Part shown: positions 12,373 through 22,739 of the stretch, in pieces
Layout: every line of letters starts with the position of its first letter
How positions within the stretch are numbered: the stretch's first letter is position 1
DNA from: Tubiluchus corallicola
Lineage: Eukaryota; Animalia; Priapulida
DNA: 64,000 nucleotides
Direction of reading: 5' to 3'
Assembly: GCA_030141605.1 (NCBI GenBank)
Contig: JAQGDQ010000949.1
Span: 13,821-77,820, forward strand
Notes under the pieces: model-generated
The model's database searches: none
The model's input: only the letters and a program-made list of their open reading frames with translations
What the model was told of the DNA's origin: nothing
Position numbers and translations under genes: made by a program

Positions 12373-13437
12373 TGTGACGGTTTGTGGGAATAAAAATAAT
12401 ATATTATAACTGATCTAGGATAATTAAGCATCAAAGTCTCTAGTCTAAATTTACTTACAAGTCAGGGTAATCATTTCTACTAATTTCATCACCAAGCATT
12501 TGGGTTCATGTTGGGGCAATTCTCCTATAGGACTCGATTATTTTACTAAATATAATCATTGAGTTGTTAATCGTAAAATGTTTTCACAAACTTTGAAATA
12601 GAACTATTAAACACCTGGATGCTGTGCAAATCATACAGTATATTATTAAACAAGAACAAAGCAAAGAACAATTGTACATACGGGAGAAAATAATACCTAC
12701 TGGTCCCAGATTTAACAAGTAGCAAGGAGTATACTCATGTTTATACGTATTTCCTGATGGCCGGCTCTTCCAGGATGCACCAAGGACGGTTTACAGTCCC
12801 AAATCCACGAACCTGTACTGGAATAAGGAGGATGCTCCACCATGTAGCCGATCCATGAGTTCTGACACGCCACAAGTAGTTTAACCTGGAATCGTAGTCG
12901 TATCTCTGCGTCTCCTCTACCACCAAATAGCGTAACCAGGATGCTGCGGACTCCACCACTATGTAAACACTCCACCAATGCTCCGAAACTTTCAGAATCT
13001 CTCACAGGGTGGGTTGTCCAAGAACTCCTCTAAGCGAAGAAGTATAACGAGGCAATTACCTCAATCCTGAGTCGTGCTGGTGTTACGTAAAGGTTGTCGA
13101 TACAACATTGTGCATTTAACTATTGTCTCTCACAGACCATCAACTAAATTTTGCCATTAAGGCCAAAATAAAACTCATAGACAAAACGTGTCTCAAAGAT
13201 ATGACGAACAGAAGAAAGGTACCAACTATGTCAACCAGGTAAAAACGGCCTGGTAGATATCCGTTCAACAGAAAATTTGGTACCTAAATGAAGTGGGCAA
13301 GCACTAGTCTAAATAGAATGACCTTGTATATAATGCATAGTATCCAATGGCTTCTATACTGTTCAAAATCTTATAGTGATGAATGGCCCTGTATATCGGC
13401 CAGTTAGCTAGCGGTCATGCATCACATGGCCGTGACA
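12373..13437 (-). mobile_element. LTR-like direct repeat, right and complete copy (1065 bp)
   Basis: Termini TGTGACGG…CCGTGACA (7/8 inverted match, TG…CA), followed by ACGGG (13438-13442). Homologous to 901-1989. Confidence 0.75.
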
Positions 13438-13665
13438 ACGGGTGCATTAAGATGTAAGTCATGTGATTGTAATTGTCTGTTTACTCCAAATGATGACGTA
13501 TGATTGGCGATATCTGACATAGGCTCCCCAAAACGTTTGATGTGAGGCCAAACTGACAGATCGTTGGGTAATCGAAGAGGAGAGCTAGAATGAACAACTG
13601 TTCTCTTGCGTCTCTTATTTTGAACCTGCAGAGATCTGCTCAAAGACTGAAATGTTTGTATCAAA
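13438..13665 (+). repeat. Displaced continuation of the GT copy 1 downstream flank
   Basis: Aligns with 20940-21160 (…ATTGTAATTGTCTGTTTA…GATATCTGACATAGGCTCCCCAAAAC…TTGAACCTGCAGAGATCT). Confidence 0.85.
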
Positions 13666-13789
13666 ATAGTTAATTTACTAAGTTTAGTTGAGAAAAGATC
13701 AAGACGATCATATACTAATTTTTCGAAATTTTTTTTGTTATTGGGGAAAGTAACGCAATTGGTCTATAGTTACTTAATTCGTTTGGTGA

Positions 13790-14700
13790 TTTTAGCTTTT
13801 CTGGGTATACAATTTCTGTAGCTGATTTGTTGAATAAATCACATAGCAGTAATTAATTAATTTACAGTAATGGAGAAGTATCTCTTCTGATCCTGAAGAT
13901 TTATTACAGTTAAGCTTATTTATTTTAATTAACCGTTTCCTGGGCAACAATATAAGGGGCAATGAAAAAATGTTTTGGACAGGTATTTGAATTTTAGTAG
14001 CTAGCTTATTATTAACTGTGGTGAAATCCTCGTTCAAAGTATCACATATATTTGTTTGATTACTTGTTTCCACTCAATTATGCTATAATTTTAAGTTGAC
14101 AGCATCTTTGTGTTGGTGTTTAGCTAAATTATTTAAAGCAGTCAATATTTTCTAGTGTTGTTTTTATCGTTTTTCAATAGGTCTTTATAAAATTGTTTTT
14201 CAGCTTTCTCGTTTGTTTGATTTAAGATATTACAGTAATTTTTATTGATCTTAAACGTCCTGCTGTTGTTTAAGGTTTTTTGTGTTTTCTGATTCGTTGC
14301 TTAAAAATAATGTTTAAAGACAAGTGCTTATTAATTACCCTACTCAGGTTGTCGAAGGAAACATTAAAAACCTTTATTAGTGTGTACATTAAATAGTTTG
14401 TATAATATTAAAAGCTTCAGTTAATTCATATAATATTTTTATAGAGTTTCTACCTTATGTTTTTTTTCGTTTAGATAAAGACTTGTTGTCAAACCCAAAA
14501 ATAGGTGAAAGATCGTCCTTTTTATTACATAATGTCAGGGGTTATAGGGTTCACTAAATCATTAGTATATATATATATATATATCAATCATATATGATTG
14601 ATCAACATTTGAGATTTATTGGTAATCCTTGCGGGTGGTGATTAATGGGATCAAATATACTAATATTGTTGGCACAGAACGTATTAGTAAGATTCAGTAT
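13790..14700 (-). mobile_element. Heavily decayed LINE (CR1/L2-like) ORF2 relic, endonuclease-RT linker region
   Basis: ETSNQTNICDTLNEDFTTV…INKLNCNKSSGSEEI resembles the 'I..L...KS.G.D.I' pre-RT motif; many stops. Confidence 0.5.
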
Positions 14701-15760
14701 ATCAGACTGGTCGCCCTGTGCGACAAACAATTCGTCTTCTGTTAGACTTTAATATATGGCACTAAGCTGTTAATACACTGCAAACAGAAAAATGAATCAT
14801 TAGTGTTAGTTAGTAGAGCAAATTCGACATTGCATAACGAACTGCAATTTTTGTGCACCCATTTTTACATATATCACAAAAAACTGCGCCTGCAAGCAAT
14901 GTAGGGGTGACGAATTACCATAATTCTGATAATAAGCCTATAATAATTTATATCAGCTTATTTACATGTTGAATATCATGGTTACAATAATATAGACAAT
15001 TTATCTTAATTCGTTCAAGTCAGTTTCAGTTTTAATTTCAAGTGGCTCACGTTCATCACTAATTATCAAATAGATACAGCCTTGACTAGTCCACTCTGAT
15101 ATGTATTTTTTGAGTTTCTTAACTGTTTGGCATTTAACAAATTGTTCATTTCTACATCCGTGTTAAACAATTTTTGATGAAGATTTTCACACTTTTGAAA
15201 CAACCAATTTCAATATTTTCTTGCGATAAGAGTGATCTTTTTATCATTCTTGCAGGACTGTATGCCGGGACCAAGTGGCCATTTTGTTTTTTGCTTATTG
15301 GACAGTTATAGTTCTCTTGCATTGCTTTTGTTGTCTAATAACAGTTCTTTTAGATTCAGAATGGTCGGTTCATAAATATAATTTGCTCTTCTTATAATAA
15401 ATATATAGGTGAAACAGTTAATGCAATTGCACGATCGGCATAATTTCCTTGCGCGTTGCGGCCATTTCAGGTAAACTAATATAAAAAAATACCAATGTTG
15501 TTTAAAAGATTGTAAATCAGCAGCACTGAATAAACAATTAATCATTTACATATACAGTAAAGAAGAATAAAAAGTTTTTGTAATTAAAATAATGTTCTCA
15601 GTTTGGGGACAATCTGCAGAAATGCGTTAAACGCAAATGTGAGCGTTTTACAGTTCAGTAGTTTGGTTTGTTTGGTAACTTACCTCTGTAGTGCAGGCTG
15701 AAGAGTTTGCACTTTAGCTGCTTTGAAATTACTTATAAAATTGTATCGCACGCAATTCAG

Positions 15761-16813
15761 ATGGAGCGAAAATATTTATGGTTCCTACTAGCGACTTTAT
15801 GTGTTTTTGCTTACACATACTTTTTCACGATACAAAAATTAACCCTGGTGAATTTAGACAGAAGCTACAGTACTAGAAATCAGCATCTCGTTATGAAAAC
15901 TGAAGAGCGGGAAAAGTGGTTGTACTCAAGAAATCGGAATACAAGAATTGCTCTACGCACGCTGAAAATTAATGTGCCTTATATAACTATGAAAAGATTA
16001 CCAGGGAGACTTGGAAATAATATGTTTAGCTATGCTTCCTTGTACGGAATAGCACGTGCAAATCGTCTTACACCAGTGTTGCCAAAGGATTTTGCTCTAT
16101 ATGATGTCTTTCCACATCTAAAAATACCAACAATGTCTTCAGTGAGATATTTACACTTTAAAAAACAATTTTCGTGTGCTAGATTAAGGTATGCCGCAAT
16201 GTTTTCCCCCTATTTGCATAAGTTAATAGATTACTCTGGATACCCCATGAACATTAGTTTGGAAGGGTACCTTCATTCATATAAATATTTTAATGTCTTG
16301 AAAAATGAGATTAAAGGACAATTTAGTTTTCACAGTAAAACCATCACAAAGGCGAGAATGTTGTTAAATTATGAATTACAGAAGAGAGGCATTTTGGCTG
16401 CTACAGCAACATTAGTTGGAATTCACGTGCGAAGAGGCGATATCTTTTCAACAATTTTCCAAGTCCCTTCAGCTGCCTATATCAAAAGATCCATGGACTT
16501 TATGAAAAGCAAATTTACCAATGTAGTGTTTGTTGTTATTGGTGAAGACACAACCTGGAACAAAGAAAACATTAAAGGATCAGATGTTGTTTTCATGCCT
16601 AACAACAGTGAGCCTGTTGTTGACATGTGCATTGTCAGTCGCTTATGCAATCACGTGATCATAACAGTAGGAACGTTCAGTTTCTGGTGTGGATATTTAT
16701 CAAATGGAACTGTAGTATACTTTCGTGATATGCTTCCTGATGGGTACAGAGACAAAACGCGATGGTTCATTGCTGATTACTATTGGCCACCTGAATGGAT
16801 AGGCCTACATTAA
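15761..16813 (+). CDS. GT11 alpha-1,2-fucosyltransferase (FUT1/FUT2-like), type II membrane, 350 aa, intronless CDS
   Basis: First ATG at 15761; TM segment YLWFLLATLCVFAYTYFF. GT11 motifs GRLGNNMFSYASL, GIHVRRGD (GDP-fucose binding), D.…CNHVIITVGTFSFW, and C-terminal YWPPEW. Confidence 0.92.
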   Translation: MERKYLWFLLATLCVFAYTYFFTIQKLTLVNLDRSYSTRNQHLVMKTEEREKWLYSRNRNTRIALRTLKINVPYITMKRLPGRLGNNMFSYASLYGIARANRLTPVLPKDFALYDVFPHLKIPTMSSVRYLHFKKQFSCARLRYAAMFSPYLHKLIDYSGYPMNISLEGYLHSYKYFNVLKNEIKGQFSFHSKTITKARMLLNYELQKRGILAATATLVGIHVRRGDIFSTIFQVPSAAYIKRSMDFMKSKFTNVVFVVIGEDTTWNKENIKGSDVVFMPNNSEPVVDMCIVSRLCNHVIITVGTFSFWCGYLSNGTVVYFRDMLPDGYRDKTRWFIADYYWPPEWIGLH

Positions 16814-19559
16814 GCTAAAGTGCAAAGGCAAAAATTTGTGTTGCTAAACAATGTAAATATTTGTTTCTTACGAGCTTACTTACGAAGAGCGTTGTTTGTT
16901 TACGGTAATTTGCAAGATGTGCACGAAATTTGCTTTAGTGCTAATGTTAATCCAAACAACAAAATGTTAATTATCTTATTTTCTATAATTACCTGGAAAA
17001 TTAAAGCTTTTGATTCCTGGTCACGTGTATCTGCGCGATAAAGTACAATAATATAAACATTTGATGATAACACAAACATTGTTTGTCAATTAATATGAGG
17101 AGTTTAGGTGAAATTTTATTTATGCTGAAACTAGCAATTTTTGGATAATTTTTAAGTCTTCAGATGCTTGCTGAAAAGAAAAAGCACTTAGAAATGGCAT
17201 TTTTAAGTAGGTATTGAAAGAAAAATTGTTTATGAAGTAAGAATTTCTCTAGCAATTTTGGCCCAGTATCAGTAAAAAATTATTAAAAGAATCAGTACTA
17301 CCTTTAGGATCGCTAATTAAGTAACCATTGATTGGAATGTTATTGTGAGTGTGCAAACTAGCACTGTGCTTAACAAACAACTAAGTAACTCACTCATGCA
17401 CATGCACGCACGTAAACACCGTCACTCATACACATACATGCACATACACGAGCACACACACGCACACAAAAGCGCACAGGAAACAAAAATATATGAGTTT
17501 TGATGAATAACAGGGTTTAATATTACTAGGACAAGTTCTGAAATCTCCAATAAGCACTTCATAAACTAAGATTAAGTAATAGCAAAACCTTCTTAAATAT
17601 CGCATAGTTATTTATTATTAAGTGTAGCGAAATCTTGTTGTACTTCGTAGAAAGGCAAAGGCAAGATTTATTTACAGCTGGTTTAACAGACAACATTAGA
17701 ATTAACGGCTATTAAGCGACTAGCACATTCGAACTTTTTTCAAAAGTGTTTGGACACCGTGGTACGTATTGTGCTTCATAGAAAAGGGTCAAAGTGCAAT
17801 ATTCCTGGTACTTACGTTTGGTGAACTTTTAGATGCTGAGAGCTAGGAACAGAAGATGCACAGGGTACACTCTCTGAATAAAGGAAAATATGTTTATATG
17901 TGAACAAAGAAGGCCGGGTCAAAGTTCATGGCTGGGGCGGATCTCCATTTATTTTTGGGCTACAATTCTTCTCTCAGAGTTTTTTTAGGTAGGAGCACAA
18001 TATTTAGTATATGACTACGTGGGTCGCCTCCTTGTGTATCACTAAAAATGGGACATGCTGCTCTCGTATAAGATTATTTTTTATTAATGGATTAAACTTT
18101 AGTGAAGTTACAATAACAAATAATTTTAATTGTAGGTGGCAGCACGTGTTTAATTATTGATAGTAGTAGATGCGTGATATCTATCCAATCAGTTGCTGTA
18201 GCGTCCGGTACTAGTGTCTTTGATAAATAAAGCAAATTATACTTTGTATAATAATGAAGACATCAGCCAATGGCTATTCATCAACCCTTCAAAGCCCTAC
18301 TATGGCTATTCAATGGCCTTGTTAAAAAAACGTTTTTCACTAACAAACCCGCCCTACCTTACCCTACTCTACCCTAAATCATTCTTGAAATTGTGCAAAT
18401 AAGATGACGGCAAGTAGAGGTATTACACACTTGCAGTCATTGCTTATGAAAGGGGGTCCAGGCGGTACTAAGGTGCACAATTGTTTTGAAACGTTCAAGA
18501 CATTTTTGCCACCATGTCATATGAATCATGCAAAAGCATTTTTAAACCTTTGCCAACAGTTGCGAAACCTTGTGCTCCCCACTAAAATAGGAAAACGTAC
18601 GTACCAAAGCTCAAGATGAAGACCTATTAGAGCACTAGGCGCATCATCCATGAAAGACAAGGAGACAAGGAACTCATACAATCAGATGCAAATGAGAACG
18701 TTTTAAAACAATCGTGCATCTTAGTTCCAGCTGGAACCCCCTCTCGTGGGCCCTGACTGCATTGGGTAATTGCATAACTTGCCCATCGGATTTGTGTGAG
18801 TATATAAGTTCGTTACGTCTCATAATTTGGTTGCTAGGAGAGCTTTTCTACGATACAATCTCAAGACGGATCATTGTTACTCATACGGAGCCAGTCAAAG
18901 CCAAGGCAGGTGAAACAGAGAATCAGTTATAGCTTGGCCGAAGGCGGGGAAATGGCTAAACTTACAACAATTCTACATGCAGATGTGAATGTGATGGTTA
19001 ATGTGAGATAATATAATTGTTTTATACATGGAGTTAGGCAGTCAAGCGTAATAGTCTGATTGAACCACCGTGACTTCCCAAGAATCATACAATTCGGAAC
19101 TGGCAAGTGGGAAACTGCTCATTCTCAGAAAAGCGTGATTGAAGTTTCATTGAAATCTCTCATAATAAACATTTCTTTTTAATTAATCTATTTCACGAGA
19201 CGCATGATATAAATAATCACTACAAACACTTTTCGTTTTACTTTCGATTCTTGTTTTAGAGCGACGTATTTAGCCAAAGACATAACCAAGTATATATTTC
19301 ATTTGAAATTATTTTTCATATTATTTCTGCATTGTGCATTTTCGTAATCTGTGCTATCGGCTCTTGGAATAAATAAACATCAATCATTAAAAAGGATTTG
19401 CCATTTCGCGCATCTCGAATGCCGCAACAAAATTATTCTGCATACCTACGCAAGATCCAACTTCCTGTTTAATCTGGGGTTCTGCTCTCAGCTGAAAACT
19501 TGCGTCAACCGCAGAACAGATGAAAATTGCTTATAAGCAGTTGTGCAAACGTGACAGTC

Positions 19560-20630
19560 ATGCCTAAGATGAGAAAGTTTGTCATGTTGCGTTGTTTTTC
19601 TGTGATATTATGTTGCATGTTGCTTATTTGTTTCATGGTTTTTGTTCTTGGCATTAATTTAAAAAGCAATGTGGCACTGGAGAAACATCAAAAAATGGAA
19701 ATAAAACTTTCAAAAATACCAACAGTTACAGAGATTGACCCATACAGCTTGAGAAGCTTTAATTTTCACTTGAATTTAATAGTGATATGTTATAACAGAG
19801 CTTCATCTTTGGAAAGATTGCTCTTATCACTTGAATCAGCTGATTACATAAATGATACGGTATCACTAGAAGTTTGGATTGACTGTGCACCTGATGGACA
19901 TGCTGATGAGAAAACCGTTAAAGTAGCAGTTAATGCAAGTTGGACACACGGCTCAAAGAATGTTCATGTAAGAAAACAACATGCAGGATCTTATACACAA
20001 TGGTACGACACGTGGATTCCAGATTCTGAACAGAAAGGACAATATGGTCTTATTTTAGAGGATGACCTAGATATTTCTGTGCATTATTATAAATGGTTAA
20101 AAGCTGCAATTTATACCTATAAAGATACTCCAGATTTAGCCAGCATCACTTTATATCGTGGGAGGCTTGTTGCCAAACCAGGTTTAAACAGAGATAAAGT
20201 TTGTACAACATGTACTGACAGTGTAATTATGTATAGACTCTTTAGTACGTGGTCTTGTGCACCAATGCCTGAGATATGGACACAGTTTAGAAGATGGTAT
20301 CATGGCATTAAAGATAATGCAACGTTTCTTCCTTTTATTCCAGGAAATGATATTGTCTTGAATAAATCCATACGCAGGTTTCATCCTAGAGGTAAAATGA
20401 ATGAAGCATTTTTTCTCCATTATACTGGACACCACCAGCTCTACACACTTTATCCAAACCTTCCCAATAGACTAACATTTGTTTGTAATCACAGAGAACC
20501 TGGAATACACGTTAGTAAAAAATCTACAAGAGAGTGTGTTTATCCTTTAGTAAAAACATGGAACAAAAATTTTACCAATTTTCCAAGATTTCCAACTAAA
20601 GTTAACTGGGATGGGTTCCCTGAGCTGTAG
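19560..20630 (+). CDS. GT-A fold (GT2-like) glycosyltransferase, copy 2; type II membrane, 356 aa, intronless CDS
   Basis: ATG at 19560 followed by a hydrophobic TM segment; LIVICYNRASSLERLLLSL (GT2-like first strand/helix), VWID, WTHGSK, LILEDD, NHREPGIH. Confidence 0.85.
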   Translation: MPKMRKFVMLRCFSVILCCMLLICFMVFVLGINLKSNVALEKHQKMEIKLSKIPTVTEIDPYSLRSFNFHLNLIVICYNRASSLERLLLSLESADYINDTVSLEVWIDCAPDGHADEKTVKVAVNASWTHGSKNVHVRKQHAGSYTQWYDTWIPDSEQKGQYGLILEDDLDISVHYYKWLKAAIYTYKDTPDLASITLYRGRLVAKPGLNRDKVCTTCTDSVIMYRLFSTWSCAPMPEIWTQFRRWYHGIKDNATFLPFIPGNDIVLNKSIRRFHPRGKMNEAFFLHYTGHHQLYTLYPNLPNRLTFVCNHREPGIHVSKKSTRECVYPLVKTWNKNFTNFPRFPTKVNWDGFPEL

Positions 20631-22739
20631 TTTGAAGCATTCTGCAAAGCTTTAATTTTAGCAAAAAAGCCAAAATATATTTACATGTCTTTCCTGTTTC
20701 ATTTTGGTGTTTTGGTTTTAAGAAGTATATAATAAAAACGTCTTCAGATGTGGGCCGACAGTGCTGAAGTGTAAAAGTCTCTGAATGACTAGAACCACAT
20801 GCTTGTATTAAATTAATATATACAATATTGAATATTTATTGGGCTAAGAAACAGTAATATAAGTTGTTAGGCTTATTGTGATCTTAAACACAACCTTCCC
20901 TTTGAACTTACTGATTTTAGCACCAAGAAACACGAAGCACGAAGGCATATGTATTAAGAAGTCAGCCATGTTATTGTAATTGTCTGTTTAGTACAAATGA
21001 TGATGTATGATTGCCGATATCTGACATAGGCTCCCCAAAACAATTCTTTGAGTAGTCGAACTGAAGAGCCAGAATGAACGACTGTTCTCCTTTGCCTCTT
21101 TATCTTGAACCTGCAGAGATCTACTTCTTGTCTGTTCAAAGGCTCTAATTTTTGTATCATAATTTAGTCTCTTACCTATATTATTTTACACCCGTTTGCT
21201 AATTGTAACTGGAAGATATAAACTGTTAATGAGAAAATTCCTTTATTGATTAGTGAGACATTTCCATGAGAACTTATTGCTTAGACAAGACATTTAGCTG
21301 TATAAAATCAAAGACTGTCTGATTTGGTAGCATTGTTACTTGATGATGACGACTGCACTTAGACGCATAGCAAAATAAAATCTTTATTTGCAAAGATATA
21401 TGGCCTTGGTATACATGTATTGTTTTTCACTGAAATTGAATGTCTGCTCGCATTTCGGTGGTGAGCCTTTCTTCTGAAATCGAACTCCAAGAAATCGGTT
21501 TAAGGGAGGTACAACACAGCCTAAATTACTGTTATGGCAAAATAGACCAGCCGAATTTTCATAAAAAGTGGAACCCTACAGGATTTTTTTCTAAAAGTGA
21601 GGGCAGCATTGCCAGTCTATCGATTTGATTATTGCGAATACAATGAAAATCTGCTGCCATTGCAAAAACTTAACGAAAAGGGGTCGAAAATACGAAAAAC
21701 AAAATGTCAGATATGTTTAAACCAAACAATATAAATAAAAAATTAAAAAATTCCACAGAAGATTAACAATAAGTGGGATTGTAACAATTCTACTAGTTTA
21801 TTTGGATCAAAGAACTCCATTTATTCTACTTATATTTCGAAATGGCTGCCACACAAAACGAAATAATGCTGATCAGGAATTTATAAAAACTGTTTAACCT
21901 AAAGGTTTATTAAATAAAAACTAAGAGCAAATTATTTTTGTTGATACGGGCTTGCTACCAAAAAAAAACAAGTAACACTGCGACTTAACCTGGTTTCTAG
22001 TAATGTAATTAATTCTGGCTCTAATAAGCAGAAAACAAAATGGCGGCCTGTTTCACGACAAATTTGTCTAACAGACGGTGAAACATTTGCTTAATTTAAT
22101 TTGCAAATGTGTGTAATGGCTCAATGCACTTTAGTGAGAAAGACGGCACTATATACCAGGAAATATTCCCAGAAAGGTGTTGTATTTCAAACATTTTTGT
22201 GTAGACCAATATATCCATTTTTATAAATTAGATTATCAACCACTTGCAAAAACGTGCTTGGTGATTTATGCAGCATATTGTAATAAAGCATTAAGTCATA
22301 TTTTTTAAATCTTGTTTCCTGTTTTTATTTGAAAACCTCATGTGCTGATTGTAGTATAGTGTGTTACAAATACCAAATACTTCCTTTAGCCCTTGGCTTT
22401 GAAATATTTATAGTAGCCTGATGGAGCATGTTGTTAAATCGACTAATTATGGCCACACCATAGTTAGGCAAACTTGGCAAACACATTTAATTGAGAGATG
22501 CAAGTCAAAGTTTCTCTAAATTTAAAGCCCTCATTGGACATGGCAGCTAGTACGAAAGTAAAAGCACAAGTTTAGCTTACGTTTAAGTTTAAGTTTATTT
22601 GACACCCATAAAAAGATTACAATAGAATAAATAAAAACATTGAATCATTACCGATCAATTAAAATTGTCATAGGGGTCGGAGGAGACGCACAGAGTTGTA
22701 CTGCTTAAGCGCGCATTGTAATAATAAACAACATTACGG

